64,000 nt of DNA from Candidatus Marinacidobacterium sp. (GCA_965204755.1 OZ242011.1:3552001-3616000); one strand, 5' to 3'; shown: positions 19,515 through 30,435, numbered from the stretch's first letter. Notes: generated by a model not told the origin, from the sequence alone. Translations and numbers: made by a program.

Positions 19515-20528
19515 ATGGCGAACATCTACTACGACGACGCTGCCGATCTCTCCCTGATCCGCGCCAAGAAGGTCGCGGTCTTCGGCTACGGCTCGCAGGG
19601 CCACGCCCACGCGCTGAACCTGCGCGACAGCGGGGTGGAGGTCCGCGTGGCGCTCCGTCCGGGGAGCCGGTCGCGCGAGCGCGCCGAAGCGGACGGGCTG
19701 ACCGTGGTGGACGGTGAGGAGGCGGCGGAGTGGGGCGAAGTCATCTCCCTGCTCACCCCGGACACCGGCCAGGCGGAGATCTACGAGACCCAGGTCGCCC
19801 CGCGCCTCGGCGCCGGCAAGACCCTGATGTTCGCCCACGGCTTCAACATCCGCTTCGGCGCCATCCGGCCGCCGCCGGAGGTGGATGTCTCGCTGATCGC
19901 GCCCAAGGCGCCGGGGCACCGGGTCCGGGAACTCTTCGTCGAAGGCGGCGGCACGCCGGCGCTCGTGGCGGTGGAGCGGGACGCCTCCGGGAGCGCGCTC
20001 GCCCTCGCGCTCTCCTACGCCCGGGGCGTCGGCCTCACCCGCGCCGGCGTGATCGAAACCACCTTCGCGGAAGAAACCGAGACCGACCTCTTCGGCGAGC
20101 AGAGCGTGCTCTGCGGCGGCGTCAGCGCGCTGGTCAAGGCCGGGTTCGAGACGCTGATCGAGGCCGGTTACCAACCGGAGATCGCCTACTTCGAGTGCCT
20201 CCACGAACTGAAACTCATCGTGGACCTCTTCTACCGGGGCGGCCTGAACTACATGCGGTATTCCGTCTCGGACACCGCCGAGCACGGCGACTACACCGGC
20301 GGGCCGCAGATCGTCACCGACGAGACCCGCGCGGCGATGCGGCGCATCCTCGCCGAGGTGCGAAGCGGCGCCTACGCGAAGAAGTGGATCGAAGAAGACC
20401 GCAACGGCCGCCCCTGGTTCATGGAGCAGCGGCGGAAGGAGCAGGAGCACCCGATCGAGACGGTCGGCGCCGAACTCCGCAAGATGATGCCGTTCCTCGA
20501 CGCGGTGACCCTCAAGGAATCCGTCTGA
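19515..20528 (+). CDS. ilvC: Ketol-acid reductoisomerase
   Basis: [38 protein letters not shown] and AYFECLHE motifs. Confidence 0.97.
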   Translation: MANIYYDDAADLSLIRAKKVAVFGYGSQGHAHALNLRDSGVEVRVALRPGSRSRERAEADGLTVVDGEEAAEWGEVISLLTPDTGQAEIYETQVAPRLGAGKTLMFAHGFNIRFGAIRPPPEVDVSLIAPKAPGHRVRELFVEGGGTPALVAVERDASGSALALALSYARGVGLTRAGVIETTFAEETETDLFGEQSVLCGGVSALVKAGFETLIEAGYQPEIAYFECLHELKLIVDLFYRGGLNYMRYSVSDTAEHGDYTGGPQIVTDETRAAMRRILAEVRSGAYAKKWIEEDRNGRPWFMEQRRKEQEHPIETVGAELRKMMPFLDAVTLKESV

Positions 20529-20596
20529 CCGCTCCCCCGTTCCGCGCCCCCGCTTCCGGGCGCGGGCCTCGTCCGGGAAACCCGCCCCGCGGAGGT

Positions 20597-23242
20597 ATGC
20601 ACTTGTCCCGATTCCCTCGCCCGCTCCGGCTCGGAGCGCTCTTCCTCCTCCTCGCGACCGGGCCGGCGCTTCCCGCCGCGGCGCAGCCGCCGACGCCCGC
20701 CGAAGTCCTGGGTTTCGAGCCCGGGGACGACTACCGGCTCGCCAAGTGGGACGAGTTGACCGGGTACTACCGCCGTTTGGCCGAAACCAGCGACCGCGTG
20801 GAGTTGCGCGAGATCGGGGAGAGCGTCCTCGGCCGCCCGCTGTTCGTCCTCTATATCTCCTCCGAAGAGAACCTCGCCCGGCTGGACGAGATCCGGGAAA
20901 CCAGCGCCGCGCTGGCGAACGCCCGCCTCTCGCCGGAGGAAGCGGCCGACCGCGCCGCCGGCGGCAAGGCGGTGGTCTGGATCGACGCCGGACTCCACGC
21001 CACCGAGGTGGCGCCCGCGCAGATGGCGCCGCTGCTCGCCTGGCGGGTCGCGACCGAAGAATCGACGGAGATGCGCCGCATCCGCGACGAAGTGGTGCTC
21101 ATCCTGATGCCGTGCATGAATCCCGACGGGCTCGACATCGTGGCGTCCTGGTACCTCAGCCAAGTGGGGACGCCGTTCGAAACCACCCGGCCGCCCGAGT
21201 TGTACCACCACTATGTCGGGCACGACAACAACCGCGACTGGTTCATGAACAACATGCCGGAGACCGCCGCGGTGAGCCGAATCCTCTACCGGGAATGGTT
21301 TCCCCAGGTGGTTTACAACCACCACCAGACCGGGCCGGCCTGGGCGCGGATCTTCATTCCCCCGTTCGCCGACCCGGTGAATCCGCGGATCCACCCGGGC
21401 GTCACCACCGGCGTGAACATCTTCGGCTCGGCGATGGCCAGCCGGTTCGCCCTGAAGGGAATGCCCGGCGCCGTCTCCGACATGATCTATTCCATGTGGT
21501 GGAACGGCGGTATGCGCACCGTCCCGTACTTCCACAACATGATCGGGCTGCTCACCGAGACCTCCCACGCCTCGGCCAGCCCGAGGAACTACGACCCGGA
21601 GGACCGGCCGGAGTTCGTGGGGAATCCCCGGCGCGGGCAGGCCGCGCCGACCAACGGCACCGATGTCTTCTATCCCTATCCGTGGGAAGGGGGCGAGAGC
21701 CCGTTCAGCGACCCGATTCGCTACACGCTGACCGCTTCCATCGCCGTCCTCGACACCGCGGCGAGGATGAAGGAGAAGTGGCTCCACGACATCTGGCGGA
21801 TGGGCCGGGACGCCATCGAGCGGAGCGAGGGCGGCTGGGTCGTCCCGGCGGAGCAGTGGGATCCGGGAGAAGCCGCCGCGATGGTGAATGTCCTGCTCGA
21901 CGGCGGGATCGAGATCGAACGGGCGGACGAGGCGTTTTCCCTGGGAGACGAGTCGTTCGCCGCCGGCGCCTACCTGATCTCCCGGAAGCAGGCGTTCAGC
22001 GCCTACGCCGCGGACCTGCTCGAGGCCCAGGACTATCCGGACCGGCGCCGAACCCCGGACGGCGCCCCTGACCCGCCGTACGACCTGGCCGGCTGGACGC
22101 TCCCGATGCAGATGGGGATCCGGGTGGAAGCGGTGGACTCGCTGCCGGCGCCGGCGTCCTCCCCGGTCGCCGGGCCGGTCGCCGCGCCTGCCGGCGAAGT
22201 CTCCGGGGGCGCCGGGTTCGGCTACGCGATCTCGCACCGCCCGAATGCTTCGGTGGTGGCGCAGAACCGGCTGCTCGCCGCCGGCGCCGTCGTGAGTTGG
22301 GCGGCCCGGCCGTTCGAGTCCGGCGGCTCGGAATTCCCCGCCGGCACGCTGGTCGTCCGGCGCTCGGCGCCCTCCGAGTCGCTGGTGGAGGGGATCGCGG
22401 CCGAGTTGGGCCTCGATGTCCACGGCCTGGCGGAGTCCCCGGACGCGCCGCTGCTGACGCTCCGCGCCGTGCGGGTGGGCCTCTACAAGTCGTTCGTCGC
22501 GAGCATGGACGAAGGCTGGACCCGCTGGATGCTCGAGGACTACGAATACGAACTCGAGACCATCGAGGACGGCGATGTGCGGAGCGGCGACCTCTCCCGG
22601 TTCGATGTGATCGTCCTGCCGCACCAGTCGCCGGAGGCGATCCTGAACGGCCACGCCCCCGGCACGATGCCGGAGGAGTACACCGGCGGGATCGGGCTCG
22701 AAGGGACGCTCGCGCTCTCCCGGTTCGTGGAGGAGGGAGGCACGCTGGTCGCGCTCGACGCCGCCGGCGACTTCGTGATCTCGCAGTTCGGACTGCCGCT
22801 GCGGAACGCCACCGCCGGCCTCGCGCCCGAGCGGTTCTTCATCCCCGGGTCGCTGATTCGCGCCCGGGTGGACACCGCCCACCCGCTCGCCTTCGGGATG
22901 CGCGAGGAAGTCGCCGTGCAGTTCGTCCGCAGCCGCGCGTTCGAGACCGTGCGCCTGCCGCGCCGCCGGGAGGGCGGGGAAGAGACCGCGCCGCCGTCCC
23001 CTCCGCCGAATGTGGAGGTCGTCGCCCGTTACGCCGAGGACGACCTGCTGATGAGCGGCTGGGCGCTCGGCGAGGAGAGCGCCATCGGCGGCAAGATCGC
23101 CATGGCCCGCGCGCCGGTCGGCGCCGGGGAAGTCGTGGTGTTCGGCTTCCGCCCGCAGTTCCGGGGGCAGCCCCGCGGCACCTACAAACTCTTCCTGAAC
23201 GCCCTCAACGGAGCGAGCGTCGAGGACTTGAGCCAGCCCTGA
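20597..23242 (+). CDS. Exported M14 zinc carboxypeptidase with C-terminal class I GATase-like domain
   Basis: GGAGGT RBS then ATG 20597; signal peptide; HATE, NPDG, DNNRD, YNHHQ and MDEGWTRW motifs. Confidence 0.88.
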   Translation: MHLSRFPRPLRLGALFLLLATGPALPAAAQPPTPAEVLGFEPGDDYRLAKWDELTGYYRRLAETSDRVELREIGESVLGRPLFVLYISSEENLARLDEIRETSAALANARLSPEEAADRAAGGKAVVWIDAGLHATEVAPAQMAPLLAWRVATEESTEMRRIRDEVVLILMPCMNPDGLDIVASWYLSQVGTPFETTRPPELYHHYVGHDNNRDWFMNNMPETAAVSRILYREWFPQVVYNHHQTGPAWARIFIPPFADPVNPRIHPGVTTGVNIFGSAMASRFALKGMPGAVSDMIYSMWWNGGMRTVPYFHNMIGLLTETSHASASPRNYDPEDRPEFVGNPRRGQAAPTNGTDVFYPYPWEGGESPFSDPIRYTLTASIAVLDTAARMKEKWLHDIWRMGRDAIERSEGGWVVPAEQWDPGEAAAMVNVLLDGGIEIERADEAFSLGDESFAAGAYLISRKQAFSAYAADLLEAQDYPDRRRTPDGAPDPPYDLAGWTLPMQMGIRVEAVDSLPAPASSPVAGPVAAPAGEVSGGAGFGYAISHRPNASVVAQNRLLAAGAVVSWAARPFESGGSEFPAGTLVVRRSAPSESLVEGIAAELGLDVHGLAESPDAPLLTLRAVRVGLYKSFVASMDEGWTRWMLEDYEYELETIEDGDVRSGDLSRFDVIVLPHQSPEAILNGHAPGTMPEEYTGGIGLEGTLALSRFVEEGGTLVALDAAGDFVISQFGLPLRNATAGLAPERFFIPGSLIRARVDTAHPLAFGMREEVAVQFVRSRAFETVRLPRRREGGEETAPPSPPPNVEVVARYAEDDLLMSGWALGEESAIGGKIAMARAPVGAGEVVVFGFRPQFRGQPRGTYKLFLNALNGASVEDLSQP

Positions 23243-23394
23243 CTCCGGCGCCCCGAGCCGCGCGGGAGGAACGCGGTGGGAGGGGACGCCGGTTCGCTAG
23301 AATTCCCGGCTCCCCTCCGAACCACCTCCCTCCCCGAAACGCCCGGACTGCCGCCCCGCCGCCCGCCTCGCCCGAACCGCCCCGAGCCGACGCC

Positions 23395-23664
23395 ATGTCC
23401 CGAACCTGCAAACTGACCGGAAAGCGGCCGTTGGCCGGCAACTCCATCAGCCACGCCCACAACAAGAACCGGCGCCGGCAGTTGCCCAACCTGCAGTGGA
23501 AGTCGGTCTGGGTCCCGGAACTCGGCCGCTCGGTCCGGCTCCGGCTGAGCGTCCGCGCGCTGCGGACGATCGACAAGAAGGGGCTGCTGGCCTACCTGAA
23601 GGACGAAGGGCTGCGGCTTCGGGATGTCCTGCCGGCCCGCGCCCACGCCCGCCGCTCGGACTGA
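23395..23664 (+). CDS. rpmB: 50S ribosomal protein L28
   Basis: MSRTCKLTGKRPLAGNSISHAHNKNRRRQLPNL. Confidence 0.95.
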   Translation: MSRTCKLTGKRPLAGNSISHAHNKNRRRQLPNLQWKSVWVPELGRSVRLRLSVRALRTIDKKGLLAYLKDEGLRLRDVLPARAHARRSD

Positions 23665-23740
23665 ACCCCCGGTCCTCCGGGGCTCCTCCGGCGCCGAGGC
23701 CGGCGCCCGCCGGTAACGCCGAAGCGCCGCGCTCCGGGCG

Positions 23741-25024
23741 ATGATCGATCGGGAGCGGCTGCTCGCTTCGATCCGGGCCGGGGAAGACTCCGAACTGGAA
23801 CTCGCGGAAGTCGTCTTCCGCGGCGGCCGCGTCACCCTCGGCGGCAGGAAGGGGCGGGCTGCGTCCGAGTTGGCCGAGGTCTTCGTCAGCATGGCGAATA
23901 CCGGCGGGGGCCTCGTCGTTTTCGGCGTCCGTGACTCCGACCGCGCTGTCGTGGGCATCGAACCGGGTCGGCGAGAGGCCGTCGAGCGGTTCGCGGTGGA
24001 TGCCGCCGCGGAGAACTGCGAGCCGGCGATCTTCCCCGGTCTCGACTGGGAACACCTGCCCGGCGCGGACGGAATCGAGCGGCTCTGCCTGGTGGTCCGT
24101 ATCCCGCGCTCGCTCCACGAAGTGCACCGGACGAACGAGGGCCGCTATCTGGAGCGAATCGGGACGCATCGGCGTTTGGTCTCCCCCGATCGACTCTCGC
24201 GGCTCCTGATCGGGCGCGGACTCGCGGCGCCGGTCGAAGTTTGGCCGGCCAGACAGGGCCGGCTGGACCAACTCGACCGCGGACGCCTCGTCGAGTACTT
24301 CCGGGGCCGCTTCGCCGACTGGTCTCCTCCCGCGGACTGGCCCCTCGGGTGGACCGAGGCGCTCGTCCCGCACAAACTCGCCGCGGTGACGGATGCCGGG
24401 CCGACCCCGACGAATCTCGGCATCCTGATGTTCGCCGAACGGCCGGAACGAGTCCTGCCGAGCGCCTTCGTCGAGATGGTCGCCTACCGGCGCGACGAGC
24501 CGGACGGCAACTCGGCGGACAGCAAACGGATCACCGGGCCGATCCCCCGCCAGATCGAGGCGGCGGTGACTTACCTCCAAGTGTCCCCCCTGAACCCCGT
24601 CCTTTCCGTGAAGGGCGGCGGCGGGAGGAAGGATTACCCGGCGTACGACCTCCGCGCGCTCCAGGAAGCGGTGGTGAACGCGGTCGTCCACCGCGACTAC
24701 GCCGCGCCCTCGCAGGTCATCGTCCGACTGTTCCCGGACCGGATCGAGTTCGCGAGTCCGGGCGCCCTCCCGAACGGTCTGACGCCCGCGGACCTCTACG
24801 CCGGCTGCATGCCCCGCCGGCGCAACGAGAACCTCGCCGGGTTCCTCCGCTACTACGAGAGCCGCGCCACCGGGGGAGCGTTCATGGAGGCGCGCGGCGA
24901 AGGCTTCCTGAACCTCGTCCGCGCCAGCGAACGCCTCTCCGGCCGCCGCCCCCGGCTGGAAGAGATCGGGGACTCGACGAAACTCACGATCTACGCCGCC
25001 GCGCCGGAGGCCGCCGGGGCCTGA
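23741..25024 (+). CDS. Schlafen/AlbA_2 domain plus HATPase_c_4 (RecG C-terminal-like) ATP-binding protein
   Basis: GEDSELE...SMANTGGGLVVFGVRD N-terminus; ALQEAVVNAVVHRDY...SPG...RN...GEG C-terminus. Confidence 0.85.
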   Translation: MIDRERLLASIRAGEDSELELAEVVFRGGRVTLGGRKGRAASELAEVFVSMANTGGGLVVFGVRDSDRAVVGIEPGRREAVERFAVDAAAENCEPAIFPGLDWEHLPGADGIERLCLVVRIPRSLHEVHRTNEGRYLERIGTHRRLVSPDRLSRLLIGRGLAAPVEVWPARQGRLDQLDRGRLVEYFRGRFADWSPPADWPLGWTEALVPHKLAAVTDAGPTPTNLGILMFAERPERVLPSAFVEMVAYRRDEPDGNSADSKRITGPIPRQIEAAVTYLQVSPLNPVLSVKGGGGRKDYPAYDLRALQEAVVNAVVHRDYAAPSQVIVRLFPDRIEFASPGALPNGLTPADLYAGCMPRRRNENLAGFLRYYESRATGGAFMEARGEGFLNLVRASERLSGRRPRLEEIGDSTKLTIYAAAPEAAGA

Positions 25025-25122
25025 GCCCGCCCGGCGGCGGCGCGCGGGCGCCGCCGGTATTCTCCGATCCCCCCGCGGCCGCCCGGAGCGGCGGCGTTCA
25101 GGAGAGGAGACACCGGAACGGA

Positions 25123-27777
25123 ATGCGAGACCCCTTCGACCCGCGGCTCCGGGCATACGGCGCCCCCGCGGCCCCCGCTGCGTTCGGGGCGCTCCTGGCC
25201 GTCTCGACCCTCGTCGGCGCCGCCTCGGCGCAGACGCCTGCGGAGAGCCCGTTCGAGCCCGCCGGCGGCTATTTCGAGCCTGCCGGCGGCTATCCGGCGG
25301 CGCGCCACGGCGGGAACTACATGCACAACTACTACTTCCCTCCGGCGCCGAGCGGCACTCCCTGGGCGCCGGCCTGGGCCCCGGACGGCGCCTCCATCGC
25401 CGTGGCGATGTCCGGCTCCATCTGGCGGGTGGATCCCGAGACCGGCGCCGCCGAAGAGTTGACCTCCGGCCCCGGCTACCACTCGCTGCCGGCCTGGTCG
25501 CCCGACGGTCTATACCTCGCCTATACGGTGGACGACAACGGCGGCAACATCGGGATCGGACTCCTCGACCTCGAATCGGGAGAGCAGCGAATGCTCCTCG
25601 ACGACGAGCATCTCTACACCGATCCGACTTTCTCCCCGGACGGGACGAAATTCGCCTATGTCACCACCGCTCCTTCCGGCTACTTCAATGTCCGCATCCG
25701 GGAGTTCCGGGACGGCGGGCTGACCGGCCCCGCTATCGAGGTGACGCGCGACAACGACTTCGGCCGGAACCGGCTCTACTTCGGCCCCCACGACATGCAC
25801 ATCACCCCGGCCTGGATGCCGGACAGCCGGGAACTGCTCCTCGTCTCCAACCGGGATGTGCCGCTCGGCTCCGGGAATGTGGTTCGCGCCGCCGCCGCGC
25901 CGGACGGTTTCGAAGAACGGACGACGGTGCTGGCGGAGCAGTCGCTCTACCGCACCCGGCCCGATGTCTCGCTCGACGGCAAACGGTTCGTCTATTCCTC
26001 CACCGCCGGCGCCGCCGACCAGTTCTCGAACCTCTATGTCCAGCCGACGACCGGCGGCGCCCCCTACAAACTCACCTTCTTCCAACACGACGCCTTCCAC
26101 CCGAGATGGTCGCCGGACGGCGAGTGGATCGCGTACATCGACAACGAGGGCGGCCTTCCCCGGCTGGCGCTCCTCGAAACCTACGGCGGCAAGCGCCGGG
26201 TCGTCCGCATCACCCGCCGCGCCTGGCGGCGCCCGACGGGCATCCTCTCCGTGCGAACCGTGGACGGAACGACCGGGGAGGAGACCGCCTCCCGCATCCA
26301 TCTCGCCGCCGGCGACGGCCGGTTCTACCCGCCTCCCGACGCCTTCGCCCGCATCGGCGGCGCCCGGGAACATTCCTTCCACCAGTCGGGGCGGTTCGAG
26401 TTGGAAGTTCCCGTCGGCCCGCTGGCGGTCGAGGCGGTCAAGGGATTCGAATACGAGCCGGCGAGCGAGCGCGTCGAGATCACTCCCGGCGATGTGACCG
26501 AAGTGACGCTCCGCCTGCCGCGCCTCACGGACATGGCGGCGAAGGGTTGGTGGAGCGGATCCACCCATGTCCACATGAACTACGCCGGGAACCTCCACAA
26601 CACGCTGGAGAACCTGATGTTCATGTCCGCCGCCGAAGACCAGGATGTGGTGCTCGAACAGATCGCCAACAAGGACAACCGCATCCTGGACTACCAGCAT
26701 TTCGTTCCCGGCGGCGGCGCCCATCCGCTCTCGACCGAGGACCGCATCCTCGTCGTCGGACAGGAGTACCGGCCGCCCTTCTACGGCCATGTCTTCTACT
26801 TCGGCTTGCGCGAGCACCTGATCTCGCCCTTCGTCACCGGTTACGAGGGAACCGGCATCGAGAGCCTCTACCCGTCCAACACGGACATGTTCCGCAAGGC
26901 GAGGGCGCAGGGCGCCACCGTCGGCTATGTGCATGCGTTCTTCGGGGAGGACGATCCGCTGGTCGGTCCGGACGGGGGGCCGGGGAGCCTCGGCGGAGCG
27001 AAGGGCTACATGGTGGACGCCGCGCTCGGAACGACGGACGCCGTGGAATGGTCGGAAGCGTCGCGCGCCGGATTCCATCCCTGGTACGCGACCCTGAACA
27101 ACGGCCTGCGCGTAACGGCGGTCGGCGGCGAAGACTCGATCAGCAACATGCAGCGCTCGAAACTCGTCGGCTCGGTGCGCACCTATGTCCACACCGGGGA
27201 CGAGGGGCTGGCGCTCGAACCCTGGCTCGCCGGACTCCGCGCCGGCCGCGCGTTCGTGAGTTGCGGCCCCCTCCTCGACTTCCGGGTGGAGGGAAAGATG
27301 CCGGGAGGCGAAGTGGAAGTGGCGGCGCCCGGCGGCGAGGTCGCGTGGAGCGCCTGGATCCGCTCGCCCACGCCGCTTGAACGCGCCTGGCTCGTCCGAA
27401 GCGGCGAGGACGCGGGCGAAGTGCCCCTGTCCGCCGACCGGAAGTCGGCCACCGCCACCGGGACCATCGCGGTGGACACCAGCAGTTGGCTGATCCTCCG
27501 CGCCGAGGGCTCACCCGAAGAGCGCCGCCCCCTCGACTGCAGTTACGCCCAGGCATTCACCAACCCGGTGTGGGTCTCGGTGGGCGGCCAACCCGTGCGC
27601 AGCGCCTCCGCCGCCGAATACTCGATCCGCTGGATCGCCCGACTCCGCGAGATGGCCGAGGCCTGGCCCGGCTGGAGATCCGAAGCCGAGCAGTCCCATG
27701 TCTATGCCCAGTTCGACGAAGCCCGCGCCATCTACGAGAGTTTCCTGACCGAAGCCCGCACCCTCGACCGCCCGTAA
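25123..27777 (+). CDS. Exported TolB-like beta-propeller plus CehA/McbA-type (PHP-like) metallohydrolase
   Basis: Repeated PAWSPDG/FSPDG motifs; STHVH, GQEY, GHV, YVH and GGED metal-ligand motifs. Confidence 0.8.
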   Translation: MRDPFDPRLRAYGAPAAPAAFGALLAVSTLVGAASAQTPAESPFEPAGGYFEPAGGYPAARHGGNYMHNYYFPPAPSGTPWAPAWAPDGASIAVAMSGSIWRVDPETGAAEELTSGPGYHSLPAWSPDGLYLAYTVDDNGGNIGIGLLDLESGEQRMLLDDEHLYTDPTFSPDGTKFAYVTTAPSGYFNVRIREFRDGGLTGPAIEVTRDNDFGRNRLYFGPHDMHITPAWMPDSRELLLVSNRDVPLGSGNVVRAAAAPDGFEERTTVLAEQSLYRTRPDVSLDGKRFVYSSTAGAADQFSNLYVQPTTGGAPYKLTFFQHDAFHPRWSPDGEWIAYIDNEGGLPRLALLETYGGKRRVVRITRRAWRRPTGILSVRTVDGTTGEETASRIHLAAGDGRFYPPPDAFARIGGAREHSFHQSGRFELEVPVGPLAVEAVKGFEYEPASERVEITPGDVTEVTLRLPRLTDMAAKGWWSGSTHVHMNYAGNLHNTLENLMFMSAAEDQDVVLEQIANKDNRILDYQHFVPGGGAHPLSTEDRILVVGQEYRPPFYGHVFYFGLREHLISPFVTGYEGTGIESLYPSNTDMFRKARAQGATVGYVHAFFGEDDPLVGPDGGPGSLGGAKGYMVDAALGTTDAVEWSEASRAGFHPWYATLNNGLRVTAVGGEDSISNMQRSKLVGSVRTYVHTGDEGLALEPWLAGLRAGRAFVSCGPLLDFRVEGKMPGGEVEVAAPGGEVAWSAWIRSPTPLERAWLVRSGEDAGEVPLSADRKSATATGTIAVDTSSWLILRAEGSPEERRPLDCSYAQAFTNPVWVSVGGQPVRSASAAEYSIRWIARLREMAEAWPGWRSEAEQSHVYAQFDEARAIYESFLTEARTLDRP

Positions 27778-27800
27778 CGGTCCGTCACCAGGACTGCCAG

Positions 27801-27809
27801 TGATATACT
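27801..27809 (+). promoter_or_regulatory. Putative extended -10 promoter of the NACHT gene
   Basis: TGaTATACT about 100 nt upstream of the CDS. Confidence 0.4.
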
Positions 27810-27911
27810 CCCGCAAGACGGCAGTAGCCGGGTTCCCGTGAAGCCTCGTCGCCCCGCCCATCGCGCCACCCGGCCGATGGTGCGCCTTGAACCCCTGCCT
27901 GGGGGCTGGCC

Positions 27912-30368
27912 GTGATGCTCACGGAGAAGGCCGCCTCGTATCTGACGGCGTGGGGCTATCAGATTCTCGACAGGAGTCCTGACTTGCTCGTCGCACGAAA
28001 GAAGGACGAGGTCGGTTCCGAGAACATAAAGTGCGTCTGGATTTCGGAGCGCGAACCTGACAGTGCCGTTGAGGACAAGTTCATTGAACGTTTTCTTGAC
28101 GACGATGTCTCGACTCGCCATGCGTCCGTCGACAAGATTTTCTTGACAGAGAGTCTCAACTACTCCTCACAGTTCCGTCGAGACTGCAGTAAGGAACTAC
28201 GAGTTCGGATCTTGTCTCCCGTGAGGTTCTTCGACACCCCCTTCAACTTCGACAACGACAAGGCGGCCGCCGGTGTCGTCAAACAGCTGGCCGACGACGG
28301 GAAGCAGTGGGAGGCGTGCCGCGTACGGCAACCCTTCAGTATCGTCGCCCGTTCACTTGATGATCGGGAGCGGGAAATCCACCGTGAAAAGGATCTGGCC
28401 GAACATCTTTTCGGGCAGGTGAGGCAGCGCGCCCGGCGACCTCAGCCGACGCTATGGATAGTCGCGGCTCCAGCCGGATGTGGAAAAACTCGGCTCTTTT
28501 CGTCCCTTTTCGCGGGTGTCTACGGCGAGTTCCACAGCCACAAGAATAGGCACATGTTCTTTCCGCGCCCCTTTCCCATGGTCGCGGAACATCTTCGCAG
28601 AGCCGCTGGGCCCAACATTACGGGCCTGATTGACGCGTTCCTTAAGACGGACTTTGCGCGCCATGCCGACGAGCGCATGTTTCGGTGGATGGTTGATCAC
28701 GGTCACGCGCTGTGGATGTTGGACGGGTTGGACGAAGTGATCACGGGTGATCCATCGTTCGTGCCGTGTTTGTTGGAGTATTTCACTACTCCCGCGGCGA
28801 CACCGTTCGTTCTCATGTCCGTGCGAGATTCGGTGCTGCGTTCGAACGAGGATCTTGCGGAACTGATCGAGGGGAGTGGGGAAGCGGTCACAGTCTTCGA
28901 ACTGGAGCGGTGGGGACGACGAGAGAAGCGCCAACTGGCTTGGACGCAAGTCCATAGGCGTCTCCCGGCCCGTGGACTGAAGGACGACCGGCCGATCTTG
29001 GACCTGATGTCCTCTCTGACTCGCGACGCGGTGGCGAACGAGTTGTCGTCAACGCCGTTCTATGCGTCCATTCTGGCACAGGAGGCCGGGAGGGACGCGC
29101 GGAAGAGGTTGGAGGGCGAACTGGGGCTGCTTGACATGGCCGTGGAGGCAATGTGCAAACGGGAGTACAGGAAGGGTGGGCCGATTGACGAGAGGGTCCT
29201 GTCGCTCGCGGCGTTTCGGGAGTGGCTTGAAGAAGTGGCCGCTGAGGTCGTGGAGAGCGACGGTATGGAAACGGATCGCTTGGTGGACCTGGCCGAGTTG
29301 GTGATGGCCCTCGTAGAGGATGGCTCTGAAGCATCCGAGCACCGCAGTCCGCTGGTAGAGCAGATCAAGGCGATGCCTTTCTTGCGCATGACTCGGGCAT
29401 CGGACCGACTGGAGTTCGTCCATGAACTACTTGGCGACTACTTGGCGGGCTCCTACTACCTCCGCCGTACACGCGAGGAGACGGAACGAAAGGTGTCGCT
29501 GAGGCATCGAAGAACGGTGCAGTTGGGGCGATACGTTGGGCGAGCAGATCTCCCGAACGACTCCCTTCGCTTGCGGACGATGGCCGTCGGCTTCGGAAAG
29601 GATCGTGAAGTCCTTGTTCGTGCGCTGATCGAGGCACCGAGTTGCGCCACCGGGGAGGCGTTGCGAAACTGTCTGCGGATCATTGCCCAGATGGAATCGG
29701 GGCGCGAGATCATCGATCGAGTGAACATGTCGTTGGAGGGGCAGGATCTCTCGGGAGTTGATTTCGGGGACCTGGATCTGACGAGGATGAACTTGGCAGG
29801 CTCTGACCTGAGTTTCGCGAACTTGGAACGTGTGACCCTGCGTGAAGCGGGACTGGAATCCGTACGTCTTCGGAACACGGTGTTTGCGGGCGCGGAGAGC
29901 GGTCTCTTGGACGGAGCGAGCTTTGGCGGAGGGCAGAATTTCGTGTCCATCCAAAGCGAAGGTCGCGAGATCACCAGCTATGCGCAGTTCCGGAAATGGG
30001 CGGTGAGAGCGACGAGCGTGCCGATGGACAGCGATCGACCGTGTGGAGCGGTGCGGCAACTCGCGCACATCTTCGGAAAGTTCGTGCGACCGTCCGGCAG
30101 CGCTCGTCGAGACGAAATCGATGAGCGAGGAGTTCTTCGGGGGCGAAGAGAGAAGGGAGTGAAGAGTTATCGGCGCGTCGTGGAGGAAGTCAGGAAGTGG
30201 GGCTACCTGGAGTCGAGGCATCGCGGGCGCGTGGGTAAACCAGGTCCGGAGAAGTACGCGGAGATCGTGCGCTTTGTGATGGACTCTCGGGGCCTCTCGT
30301 CGGGGCTTCGGCAGATCGCAGACTCGGTCTGTGAGGAGCCGGGCTGCGAGCACGTGGACAGGGAGTAG
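27912..30368 (+). CDS. NACHT/STAND NTPase with pentapeptide repeats (NLR-like), foreign composition
   Basis: Walker A APAGCGKT, Walker B WMLDGLDE, TPFY, FVHELLGDYLAG winged-helix motif, pentapeptide stretch QDLSG-VDFGD-LDLTR-MNLAG-SDLSF-ANLER. Visibly lower GC than its neighbours. Confidence 0.85.
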   Translation: MMLTEKAASYLTAWGYQILDRSPDLLVARKKDEVGSENIKCVWISEREPDSAVEDKFIERFLDDDVSTRHASVDKIFLTESLNYSSQFRRDCSKELRVRILSPVRFFDTPFNFDNDKAAAGVVKQLADDGKQWEACRVRQPFSIVARSLDDREREIHREKDLAEHLFGQVRQRARRPQPTLWIVAAPAGCGKTRLFSSLFAGVYGEFHSHKNRHMFFPRPFPMVAEHLRRAAGPNITGLIDAFLKTDFARHADERMFRWMVDHGHALWMLDGLDEVITGDPSFVPCLLEYFTTPAATPFVLMSVRDSVLRSNEDLAELIEGSGEAVTVFELERWGRREKRQLAWTQVHRRLPARGLKDDRPILDLMSSLTRDAVANELSSTPFYASILAQEAGRDARKRLEGELGLLDMAVEAMCKREYRKGGPIDERVLSLAAFREWLEEVAAEVVESDGMETDRLVDLAELVMALVEDGSEASEHRSPLVEQIKAMPFLRMTRASDRLEFVHELLGDYLAGSYYLRRTREETERKVSLRHRRTVQLGRYVGRADLPNDSLRLRTMAVGFGKDREVLVRALIEAPSCATGEALRNCLRIIAQMESGREIIDRVNMSLEGQDLSGVDFGDLDLTRMNLAGSDLSFANLERVTLREAGLESVRLRNTVFAGAESGLLDGASFGGGQNFVSIQSEGREITSYAQFRKWAVRATSVPMDSDRPCGAVRQLAHIFGKFVRPSGSARRDEIDERGVLRGRREKGVKSYRRVVEEVRKWGYLESRHRGRVGKPGPEKYAEIVRFVMDSRGLSSGLRQIADSVCEEPGCEHVDRE

Positions 30369-30435
30369 CAGCGAAGTCGGCGGCTTGGTTTGGAGTGCGA
30401 CCGCGCATTGGGTGCGGTGACGGGCGTCGCTGCCA

